From Acutalibacteraceae bacterium (GTDB taxonomy: Bacteria > Bacillota > Clostridia > Oscillospirales > Acutalibacteraceae): a stretch of DNA of 32,000 nucleotides. The stretch lies in contig JAZSRO010000036.1 in the NCBI GenBank assembly GCA_045538515.1, positions 1 to 32,000 on the forward strand, written 5' to 3'. This document shows, one piece after another, positions 8,294 through 15,633 of this stretch; the first letter of the stretch is position 1, and each line of letters starts with the position of its first letter. The position numbers were made by a program, and so were the translations under genes. The notes below the pieces were generated by a model. The model was not told the DNA's origin. It did not search any database and was given only the letters and a program-made list of their open reading frames with translations.

Positions 8294-8824
8294 TTAGTCT
8301 GCCAGAGCAACCTGGTCAAGTTCAAACTGTGCGGGGGTTTCTCTTCCAAACATGGAAATGAGAACCGTAACATCATTTGCGGCAACATCGACTTTCTGTA
8401 CGATGCCCACAAATCCCTCAAGCGGACCGCTGATAATCTTAACATTATCACCGTTTTTATAGGCAACCTCAACAGAGTGCTTCTCAACACCGAGAGATTC
8501 AACCTCCGCATCGGAGAGGGGAACCGGCTTGGAAGCCGGACCAACAAAACCTGTAACACCGCGTGTGTTACGCACGATAAACCAGGAATCGTCGGTAACA
8601 ATCATCTTAATAAGAACATATCCGGGGAAAATCTTGCGCTCATATTGCTTTTGGGTACCGTCTTCCTTAACCTCTGTAACAACTTCGGTCGGGATTTTGA
8701 TATCCATAATGTAATCCTGAAGTTTACGATTTTCAACGATGGTTTCAAGGTCTTTGGCAACCTTGTTTTCGTAACCCGAATAGGTATGAATTACATACCA
8801 TTTTGCATCATTGTAATCTGCCAT
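8294..8824 (-). CDS. nusG: Transcription termination/antitermination factor NusG
   Basis: The 176-aa product has WYVIHTYSGYENKV, FPGYVLIKM and the KOW-region GDNVKIISGPLEGFVGIV. SD is GGAGGAAAG. Confidence 0.92.
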   Translation of the reverse strand: MADYNDAKWYVIHTYSGYENKVAKDLETIVENRKLQDYIMDIKIPTEVVTEVKEDGTQKQYERKIFPGYVLIKMIVTDDSWFIVRNTRGVTGFVGPASKPVPLSDAEVESLGVEKHSVEVAYKNGDNVKIISGPLEGFVGIVQKVDVAANDVTVLISMFGRETPAQFELDQVALAD

Positions 8825-8852
8825 TCAGCTTTCCTCCAAAAAATCAAAGAGA

Positions 8853-9545
8853 TTATACGCCGAGGATAAGACCTATCAGCTCTAAAAGACCAAGGTCAAG
8901 CAACCAGATGAAAACGCCCAAAATAGCGCAGATAACCAAAACAACGATTGTGTTCTTGAGAACAAACTTGAAGTTCGGCCAAACGATTTTCTTGACTTCG
9001 CTCTTATAATCTCTGAAGAATGCGATAACTCTCTGTGGAATGGTAAGCTTCTTGGTACCGGCAACCTCAATCTTGTCTGCAATCAGAAGATGAGCAACCG
9101 CGAAAGCGGCACAAGCAAACAAAACAGCCGTAATAACAACAACTGTAAGTGTATTGTAATGTGCGACAACGCCTGCGGGACCAATCGGACGCGTATCAAC
9201 GAATCCGGAAGCATCTGTCAGTGTGATAACAAGCATATAGATTGCGGCGGTTAAAGTTGTAGCCGAAGCAGCATATCTTGTACCCTTGAACTTAAATGTA
9301 AGAGCACTGAAAAGTGTCGTGAACATTGTAAGTATCAAGCAAACCCAGATGTCAGCCGATTTTGCCATTTTAACAGTGTCACCGGCGTAATCAACCGAAC
9401 CACCGAATGCGAGTTGCATACCGGTAAGGCCAACGGTTTCCTTCTCGGTAACGAGCAAGGCAAAATCAGGGAAGATAAAGAAGCCGAGTGCGACAACACA
9501 AAGCACGAGTGCGAGGATTTGACAAACTTTGTTAATAACTTTCAT
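8853..9545 (-). CDS. secE: Preprotein translocase subunit SecE fused to a ~165-aa N-terminal extension with four predicted TM helices
   Basis: The C-terminal ~60 aa (FFRDYKSEVKKIVWPNFKFVLKNTIVVLVICAILGVFIWLLD) match the SecE core, and the gene sits in the canonical rpmG-secE-nusG position. There is no Met between residue 104 and the SecE core. The strong SD AAGGGGG lies 7 nt before the ATG at 9545, so the long form must be the one translated. Confidence 0.8.
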   Translation of the reverse strand: MKVINKVCQILALVLCVVALGFFIFPDFALLVTEKETVGLTGMQLAFGGSVDYAGDTVKMAKSADIWVCLILTMFTTLFSALTFKFKGTRYAASATTLTAAIYMLVITLTDASGFVDTRPIGPAGVVAHYNTLTVVVITAVLFACAAFAVAHLLIADKIEVAGTKKLTIPQRVIAFFRDYKSEVKKIVWPNFKFVLKNTIVVLVICAILGVFIWLLDLGLLELIGLILGV

Positions 9546-9558
9546 TTTGTCAACCCCC

Positions 9559-9708
9559 TTACTTTGTCTCTTTGTGAAGGGTGTGCTTCTTGCAGAACCT
9601 GCAATACTTGTTCATTTCAAGTCTGTCGGGGTCGTTCTTCTTGTTCTTCATTGTGTTGTAGTTGCGCTGTTTGCATTCAGTGCAAGCTAATGTAATTTTA
9701 ACTCTCAT
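9559..9708 (-). CDS. rpmG: 50S ribosomal protein L33 (not in the ORF track, 49 aa)
   Basis: My manual translation gives [49 protein letters not shown], with both CxxC pairs of zinc-type L33. SD GGAGGTG sits 6 nt upstream. Confidence 0.9.
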   Translation of the reverse strand: MRVKITLACTECKQRNYNTMKNKKNDPDRLEMNKYCRFCKKHTLHKETK

Positions 9709-9854
9709 GACGGCACCTCCCGTTTTACGGAAATATTTTTTCCTTTCACATTAGCGAAAGTAAATTTGAGCCTCCCTCAATCAGCCATAAAGTATGCCAC
9801 CCGAACGGGTGAAGAAGCAATGCACACCGTCTGACAATGAAAAGAATCTTATGC

Positions 9855-9911
9855 AAAAAAAAAGACTCTTGCAGAGGTAATGCTATAATACCACATTCCC
9901 TCACAAGAGTC
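9855..9911 (-). terminator. Intrinsic terminator of rlmH that physically overlaps the rpmG promoter
   Basis: The minus strand reads GACTCTTG-T-GAGG (9911-9899), a 21-nt loop, then CCTC-TG-CAAGAGTC (9877-9864), followed by nine T (9863-9855). Confidence 0.55.
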
Positions 9912-9913
9912 AA
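9885..9913 (-). promoter_or_regulatory. SigA promoter for rpmG-secE-nusG(-rplKA)
   Basis: The minus strand reads TTGACT (9913-9908), a 17-nt spacer, then TATTAT (9890-9885) with TGg extended -10. This leaves a ~170-nt 5' UTR before rpmG. Confidence 0.6.
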
Positions 9914-9944
9914 GCATTTTTTTATATAATATATAATGTATGTT

Positions 9945-10427
9945 TTATTTGTGATAAGTGCCGCCATCGGTAATCATAAAGGCGCGGTAAATCTGTTCAA
10001 GAAGCATAACCCGCGCGAGTTTGTGCGGAAATGTCATTGGCGACATTGAAAGTTTTTTGTCGGCGCGTTTTTTAACCTCAGGGGATAGCCCGTAAGAGCC
10101 GCCGATAATAAAAATTTGTTCACCCCGTCCCGTTACGGCACACCTTTCTATTGATGATGCGAGTTGCTCACTGCTTTCCGTTTGTCCTTCGATACAAAGT
10201 GCAGTCACATAAGCATCGTTTGGGATTTTAGCAATTATTTTTTGTCCCTCAACCGAAAGTGCGTTTTCAATCTCGCGGGGAGACGGATTATCGCTCGTTT
10301 TACAAGGTTCAATCTCAACTACCGAAAGTTTGCAAAAACGGCTAAGGCGTTTTATGTATTCGTCAGCGGCAGCGAGAAAATATTTCTCTTTTAATTTTCC
10401 AACCGCAATAATTGTAATTTTAATCAT
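9945..10427 (-). CDS. rlmH: 23S rRNA (pseudouridine1915-N3)-methyltransferase RlmH
   Basis: The 160-aa SPOUT protein has MIKITIIAVGKLKEKYF, IIGGSYGLS, LSMSPMTFPH.L.R..L.EQIYRA and the C-terminal G.YHK. Its ATG overlaps the upstream stop (ATGA). Confidence 0.9.
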   Translation of the reverse strand: MIKITIIAVGKLKEKYFLAAADEYIKRLSRFCKLSVVEIEPCKTSDNPSPREIENALSVEGQKIIAKIPNDAYVTALCIEGQTESSEQLASSIERCAVTGRGEQIFIIGGSYGLSPEVKKRADKKLSMSPMTFPHKLARVMLLEQIYRAFMITDGGTYHK

Positions 10428-11212
10428 AAAATAAACATCCTTCCGTCACGAACAGGTGCTACATATAATATATAGTCAACATTTTCTTTGAGTCCTGCGT
10501 CAATAAGCGCAGATTTAGCGGTAGCAAATGCAAGTGTCGGCAGATTGTTTTCGCGGCTTAAATGTGCTAAAACAATGCGTGTAGTTCCGCTTTTTACAAG
10601 AGTGGGGAGAACCGAAGCACACGAAGCGTTGGAAAGATGACCACAGTCACTTAAAATCCGTTCTTTAAGGTAAAACGGATAATTGCCTTTTTTGAGCATA
10701 TTTATATCGTGGTTGGATTCAAGCATAACAAGGTCGCACCCCGTAATGCCATCTAAAATGTCGTCGCTTATGTAACCAAGGTCGGTAAAAAGCGCAAAAC
10801 GGCGCTCATCGGGCAGAGAGAATATGTAACCCGCAGAGCCTTCACAGTCGTGACTTGTTGGAATTTTTTTAATTTTAATGTCACAGACCGTAACTTCACC
10901 CTCATCAGCGCAAATCGTGGGGTGATTTTCGGTTATAATGCCAGACTCAAGCAACGCGTCAAGCGTAATACGAGAGGCAATTACAGGAACGGGATGTTTT
11001 TTAAGGAATGTTTTCAGCCCTCCCGTGTGGTCGCTGTGGGTGTGGGTTACCGCAACGGCGCATATATCTTCAGGCGAGATATTACGCTCAAGCAATGCGG
11101 CACAGGTGCATTTGTAGGAACAGCCTATGTCAACAAGAATTCCATACTGTGATGTGCCAATAAATGTGCTGTTTCCGCTACTACCGCTAAAAAGCGGACA
11201 AAACCTTGACAA
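10424..11212 (-). CDS. MBL-fold metallo-hydrolase (YycJ/WalJ-like)
   Basis: The 262-aa product has FCPLFSGSSGN, the metallo-beta-lactamase motif VTHTHSDHTGG, and a late HLS motif. Confidence 0.8.
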   Translation of the reverse strand: MSRFCPLFSGSSGNSTFIGTSQYGILVDIGCSYKCTCAALLERNISPEDICAVAVTHTHSDHTGGLKTFLKKHPVPVIASRITLDALLESGIITENHPTICADEGEVTVCDIKIKKIPTSHDCEGSAGYIFSLPDERRFALFTDLGYISDDILDGITGCDLVMLESNHDINMLKKGNYPFYLKERILSDCGHLSNASCASVLPTLVKSGTTRIVLAHLSRENNLPTLAFATAKSALIDAGLKENVDYILYVAPVRDGRMFIL

Positions 11213-11237
11213 AACAATCCCTCCTTTGCGTTTTTGG

Positions 11238-11270
11238 TTAAAAACAGGGAATACAAAACTGTATTCCCTG
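11238..11270 (-). terminator. Intrinsic terminator after murA
   Basis: On the minus strand, CAGGGAATAC pairs with GTATTCCCTG (plus 11245-11254 and 11261-11270) and is followed by TTTTT. It begins 4 nt after the murA stop. Confidence 0.7.
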
Positions 11271-11274
11271 AAAA

Positions 11275-12561
11275 TTATAATGCTTTCTTCTGTTCAATCG
11301 GTGCGGTGATGGGAACGCGCTTGATTTGCGCGCCAAGACCTGAAAGTTTTAGGACAACATCTTCATAACCACGGTCAATCAGTTCAATGTTTTCAATTTC
11401 GGTCGTTCCATCGGCTACAAGTCCTGCTATAAGCATTGCAGCCCCAGCACGAAGGTCATTCGCAATAACGGGTGCGCTTTTAAGATTATCAACACCCGAA
11501 ACAATGGCAACCTTGCCGTCAACCTGAATGTTTGCGCCCATTCGTGACAACTGTTCAACATATTTGAAACGGTTGTCCCAAACGCTTTCAGCAACAACGC
11601 TTGTCCCGTCTGCAATGGCAAGAAGTGTTGTAATCTGCGGTTGCATATCGGTCGGGAAACCGGGGTGGGGCATGGTTGTAATATTGCATCTTTTTGGGCG
11701 TTTATCCATCTTGATTCTGATAGCCTCGTCAAATTCCTCAATAGAGGCACCTGTTTCAAGAAGTTTAGCGGTTATAGATTCAAGGTGTTTCGGTGTGATG
11801 TTGTTAATAAACACATCACCACCCGCGGCAACAACAGCGGTCATATAAGTACCCGCTTCAATTTGGTCGGGAATAATGCTGTATGTTGCGCCGTGCAAAC
11901 GCTCAACACCGCGGATTTTAATAACGCTCGTACCGGCGCCCATAATGTCGGCGCCCATAGAGTTAAGGAAGTTGGCAAGGTCAACAATGTGGGGCTCACG
12001 CGCGGCGTTTTCAATAACCGTAAGTCCGCGTGATTTAACCGCCGCCAACATAATGTTAACGGTAGCACCAACCGAAACCTTGTCAAGATAAACGGGACTG
12101 CCGATAAGGCGTGTTGCCCTTGCGTCAACCATTCCGTTTTCAAAGGTAACGGTGGCACCAAGTGCCTCAAAACCTTTGATGTGCAGGTCAATCGGGCGCA
12201 CACCAAAATCGCATCCGCCTGGAGGAGCAACCTTTGCCCGTTTGAATCGACCAATCATAGCGCCGATAAAATAACTTGAAGCGCGCATATGTTTGGTCAT
12301 CTCAAAAGGAACAACGAAAGAATTTATGTGTGCAGGGTCAATCTCAACCGTATTTTTATTAATCATACGAACATCCGCACCCAACTCACGCAGGATACGG
12401 ATGATAGCAAATACATCAGATATGTTGGGCAAATTCTCAATGCGGCAAACGCCGTCAGACAATAAAACTGCCGGCAGTATAGCAACTGCAGCATTTTTTG
12501 CACCGCTTATGTTAACGGAACCGTTAAGACGGTTTCCACCAGTAATTACAAACTTATCCAA
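11275..12561 (-). CDS. murA: UDP-N-acetylglucosamine 1-carboxyvinyltransferase
   Basis: The product has DKFVITGGNRLNGSVNISGAKNAAV.ILPA, the catalytic-loop PGGCDFGVRPIDLH (Cys) and NIELIDRGYE. I prefer the TTG start at 12561, with AGGGAG 7 nt upstream, giving MDKFVI. The ORF-track GTG at 12570 is the alternative. Confidence 0.9.
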   Translation of the reverse strand: MDKFVITGGNRLNGSVNISGAKNAAVAILPAVLLSDGVCRIENLPNISDVFAIIRILRELGADVRMINKNTVEIDPAHINSFVVPFEMTKHMRASSYFIGAMIGRFKRAKVAPPGGCDFGVRPIDLHIKGFEALGATVTFENGMVDARATRLIGSPVYLDKVSVGATVNIMLAAVKSRGLTVIENAAREPHIVDLANFLNSMGADIMGAGTSVIKIRGVERLHGATYSIIPDQIEAGTYMTAVVAAGGDVFINNITPKHLESITAKLLETGASIEEFDEAIRIKMDKRPKRCNITTMPHPGFPTDMQPQITTLLAIADGTSVVAESVWDNRFKYVEQLSRMGANIQVDGKVAIVSGVDNLKSAPVIANDLRAGAAMLIAGLVADGTTEIENIELIDRGYEDVVLKLSGLGAQIKRVPITAPIEQKKAL

Positions 12562-12618
12562 AAAAGGCACTCCCTAACAAAAGTAGTATTGCCGATAAAA
12601 TCATTAGAAGACATATAC

Positions 12619-12647
12619 ATTATATACATATTATGGCTATTTGTCAA
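12619..12647 (-). promoter_or_regulatory. Consensus SigA promoter for murA
   Basis: The minus strand reads TTGACA (12647-12642), a 17-nt spacer, then TATAAT (12624-12619). Confidence 0.65.
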
Positions 12648-12680
12648 ACTATATTTTGTGTTTTTGCGGTTCATTATAGG

Positions 12681-12714
12681 AAAAAGGAAAAGGGGGACAA
12701 GTCATTTGTCCCCC
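12681..12714 (-). terminator. Intrinsic terminator of the Q/N-rich micro-ORF
   Basis: The minus strand reads GGGGGACAA-ATGAC-TTGTCCCCC (plus 12692-12714) followed by TTTTCCTTTTT. It begins 13 nt after the micro-ORF stop. Confidence 0.8.
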
Positions 12715-12727
12715 AATACTTTAAGTT

Positions 12728-12844
12728 TTAGTCATCTTTTCTATCAGTAGACTGCTGATTGTTCTGCTTATTCTGCTGATTGTTCTGTTTGTTCTGCTGC
12801 TGTTTATTTTGCTGGTTCTGCTGTTTGTTCTGATTTTCTGACAT
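12728..12844 (-). CDS. Small Gln/Asn-rich hydrophilic protein, 38 aa, not in the ORF track, function unknown
   Basis: My manual translation gives MSENQNKQQNQQNKQQQNKQNNQQNKQNNQQSTDRKDD*. SD GGGGTGA sits 5 nt before the ATG. A dedicated terminator follows, and the ORF lies alone in a 327-bp gap between tatD and murA. The DNA is built from imperfect 21-nt (heptad) repeats. Confidence 0.5.
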   Translation of the reverse strand: MSENQNKQQNQQNKQQQNKQNNQQNKQNNQQSTDRKDD

Positions 12845-12851
12845 AAAAAGT

Positions 12852-12890
12852 CACCCCGCTTTCGCCATTATTATTGACAATTGCGGGGTG
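12852..12890 (-). other. GC-rich hairpin between tatD and the micro-ORF, acting as a terminator and/or sequestering the ribosome-binding site
   Basis: CACCCCGC (12852-12859) and GCGGGGTG (12883-12890) are perfect complements around a 23-nt loop. On the minus-strand RNA the 3' arm is the micro-ORF SD and is followed by ACUUUUUAUG. Confidence 0.5.
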
Positions 12891-12897
12891 AATATAC

Positions 12898-13695
12898 TTA
12901 TTTTATATTAAATAAATCGAAAGCGTTTTGTTTGGTCTGCGATAGCACAGTATCAACATCTGTGTTTTTAATTTCGGCAATTTTTTCTGCAACGCGGATA
13001 ATCATTCCCGAATGACAGGTTTTGCTTCTGTATGGCTCGGGCGCGAGATATGGCGCATCGGTTTCAAGAAGTATTCTCTCAAGAGGTAAAGAGTAAATAA
13101 CCTCGCGTATACGAACGGCGTTTTTGAAGGTCGAAACACCTCCGATTCCGATATACATACCAAGTTTTAAGAGTTCTCTCGCCGTTTCCACGCTTCGGGA
13201 ATAGCAGTGCAAGACACCGCGGGGCTTAAGGTCTTTGAGTATGTTAAGTGTGTCCTCGTGCGCCTCACGGTCATGAACAATAACGGGTAAATTGCGGCTG
13301 TTTGCAAAATCGCATTGCGAGGCAAACCAACGCTTTTGTAAATCTTTATTGTCCTGTGTCCAGTAATAATCAAGTCCGATTTCGCCAACCGCAACACATT
13401 TTTCGGTGTTAAAAAACGGCTCAATTTTTGATAGGTCAGGCTCACATTCCAAAATGTCGCCCGGATGGTAACCAAAAGCCGAATAGCAAATGGAATATTT
13501 CTTTGCCATATCCGCAATGCGCACGGAAGAAATATGGTCAACCGCGTTGTTGATAACACCGCAAACGCCAAGTTTTTCAAGTGTGGAGAACAGTTCGTCT
13601 CTAACCGAGTCAAATTTTTCATCATCGTAGTGCGCGTGGGAGTCAAATATTGAGCCGAAAGGCGCGTGATTTTCAACAATTTGTATTTCTGTCAT
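12898..13695 (-). CDS. tatD: TatD-family metal-dependent hydrolase (YabD-like)
   Basis: The product has MTEIQ..FDSHAHYDD, EIGLDYYW, PVIVHDREAH, GVLHCYS and ETDAPYL. Its ATG at 13695 overlaps the metG stop (TAATG). This is the canonical metG-tatD pairing. Confidence 0.88.
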   Translation of the reverse strand: MTEIQIVENHAPFGSIFDSHAHYDDEKFDSVRDELFSTLEKLGVCGVINNAVDHISSVRIADMAKKYSICYSAFGYHPGDILECEPDLSKIEPFFNTEKCVAVGEIGLDYYWTQDNKDLQKRWFASQCDFANSRNLPVIVHDREAHEDTLNILKDLKPRGVLHCYSRSVETARELLKLGMYIGIGGVSTFKNAVRIREVIYSLPLERILLETDAPYLAPEPYRSKTCHSGMIIRVAEKIAEIKNTDVDTVLSQTKQNAFDLFNIK

Positions 13696-15614
13696 TATCT
13701 TACCTTGCAACCGGGTTTGATATCATCAGCAAAAATAACCTTAATGTTGTCTTCACCATCGTCAGCCGCCAAAATCATACCATTACTCTCAACACCGCAG
13801 AGCACAGCGGGTTTGAGGTTGGAAACGACAATAACTGTGCGGCCTGTAAGTTCTTCGGGCGTGTAATATTTTGCAATACCCGATGCTACAATTCGCTCTT
13901 TGCCGCTGCCGTCATCAAGCGTGAGTTTAAGAAGTTTTTTAGCCTTTTTAACGGGCTCACACGCAATGATTTTTGCGGTGGTAAGTTCAATTTTGGCAAA
14001 ATCCTCAATAGAAATCTGCGGCAAGGTAACAACATTTTCAGCCTTTGCTTCTGCAATTTTCTTTTGTTGTTCTTCTATAAGTTCGGCAATAACTTTTTCC
14101 GTATCAAGACGCGCAAAAAGGGGAGTAGCGGTGCCAACCTTGTAACCGTCACATTTGCCGAAAACATCGGCATCATCATTAGTGCCAATCTGCTCTAAAA
14201 TGCTCTTGCTGCAGTCGGGCATAATGGGGGCGAGTACACGCGCTAAAAGACGGATGCCCTCCAAAAGATTGTAAAGCACAGTCATAAGGCGGGGTTTGTC
14301 TTCCTCATTTTTAGCAAGTGCCCAAGGAGTAGTCTCGTCAATATATTTGTTGAGTCTACGCGCAAAATCCATAATAGCGGCTACAGCGTCCGCGTTTTTG
14401 TAATCTTCCATAAGGCGAGTATAGTCGGCAATCATCTTGTCAGCGCAGTTAATCAAATCTGCGTCAAACTCGCCAGAGGGCTCACATTTTTGTACGGTGC
14501 CGTCAAAATATTTGTTGGTCATCGCAACGGTGCGGTTAACAAGGTTTCCGAGCGTGTTTGCAAGGTCGGTGTTGAAACGCGCAATAAATGATTCGTATGT
14601 GATTGTGCCGTCCTGTGCAAAGGGCATTTCGGCTAATAGATAATATCTTACGGCATCGGCACCGAATCTTGCGGCAAGTTCGTCAGCGTAAATGATGTTG
14701 CCCTTTGACTTGCTCATCTTATCCTCACCAAACAAAAGCCACGGATGTCCCAAAACCTTTTTGGGTAGCGGCTCACCAAGCGCCATAAGAATTATCGGCC
14801 AGTAAATTGTGTGGAAACGAACAATATCTTTACCAATTACATGTAAATCGGCAGGCCAATATTTGCTGTACATATCGCTGCTGCCATCGGGATTATAGCC
14901 AATTCCCGTAATGTAGTTGGAAAGTGCGTCAATCCAAACATAAATTACATGTTTATTATCAAAAGGAACGGGAACACCCCACTTGAACGAAGAACGCGAA
15001 ACACACAAATCCTCAAGGCCTGGTTTAAGGAAGTTGTTAATCATCTCGTTTCTGCGCGATTCGGGAGAGATGAAATCGGGATGTTCTTCATAATATTTAA
15101 GAAGTTTATCCTGATATTTGGAAAGGCGCAAGAAATATGCCTCTTCCTTAGCGTCAACAACTTCGCGTCCGCAGTCGGGGCATTTGCCGTCAACGAGTTG
15201 TGAAGAAGTGAAAAACGATTCACAGGGAACACAGTATTTTCCCGAATATTCACTCTTGTAAATATCGCCCTGCTCGTAGAGTTTTTTGAAAATCTTTGCC
15301 ACAGCGTCTTCGTGGTCGGCGTCAGTAGTGCGGATAAATTTGTCGAAAGATGTGTTGAGCGAATTCCAAACATCCTTAATTTGAGATGAAACTTCGTCAA
15401 CATATTCCTTAGGAGTTTTACCGCTTTCTTTAGCGTATTCTTCAATCTTTTGTCCGTGCTCGTCAGAGCCTGTCATAAAATATACATCAAAGCCCATCAT
15501 TCGCTTGTATCTTGCAATCATATCGGCAAGAACAATGTCATAAGCGTTTCCAATGTGCGGTTTGCGAGAACTGTACGCTATCGCAGTAGTGATGTAAAAT
15601 TTCTCTTTTTCCAT
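13695..15614 (-). CDS. metG: Methionine--tRNA ligase with a C-terminal tRNA-binding (Trbp111/EMAP-like) domain
   Basis: The product has MEKEKFYITTAIAYSSRKPHIGNAY (HIGH-type motif), a zinc knuckle CVPCESF..CPDCG, KMSKS and a C-terminal OB-fold region, LKLTLDDGSGKERIVASGIAKYY. The start at 15614 is preceded by GGAGGAA. The ORF-track extension to 15671 is unsupported. Confidence 0.93.
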   Translation of the reverse strand: MEKEKFYITTAIAYSSRKPHIGNAYDIVLADMIARYKRMMGFDVYFMTGSDEHGQKIEEYAKESGKTPKEYVDEVSSQIKDVWNSLNTSFDKFIRTTDADHEDAVAKIFKKLYEQGDIYKSEYSGKYCVPCESFFTSSQLVDGKCPDCGREVVDAKEEAYFLRLSKYQDKLLKYYEEHPDFISPESRRNEMINNFLKPGLEDLCVSRSSFKWGVPVPFDNKHVIYVWIDALSNYITGIGYNPDGSSDMYSKYWPADLHVIGKDIVRFHTIYWPIILMALGEPLPKKVLGHPWLLFGEDKMSKSKGNIIYADELAARFGADAVRYYLLAEMPFAQDGTITYESFIARFNTDLANTLGNLVNRTVAMTNKYFDGTVQKCEPSGEFDADLINCADKMIADYTRLMEDYKNADAVAAIMDFARRLNKYIDETTPWALAKNEEDKPRLMTVLYNLLEGIRLLARVLAPIMPDCSKSILEQIGTNDDADVFGKCDGYKVGTATPLFARLDTEKVIAELIEEQQKKIAEAKAENVVTLPQISIEDFAKIELTTAKIIACEPVKKAKKLLKLTLDDGSGKERIVASGIAKYYTPEELTGRTVIVVSNLKPAVLCGVESNGMILAADDGEDNIKVIFADDIKPGCKVR

Positions 15615-15633
15615 TTTATATTCCTCCAACGAG

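Noticed and set aside
9746-9967. A 73-aa minus-strand ORF between rpmG and rlmH.
   Set aside because: It overlaps the 3' end of rlmH, the rlmH terminator, the rpmG promoter and the 5' UTR. It has no SD and an implausible sequence, so the region is better explained as regulatory DNA.
12745-12840. I considered whether the CTG/TTG-rich tandem repeat tract is a non-coding microsatellite.
   Set aside because: The tract keeps one minus-strand frame open from an SD-preceded ATG to a stop that is followed at once by a strong terminator. I therefore report it as a candidate coding micro-ORF, although the non-coding alternative is not excluded.
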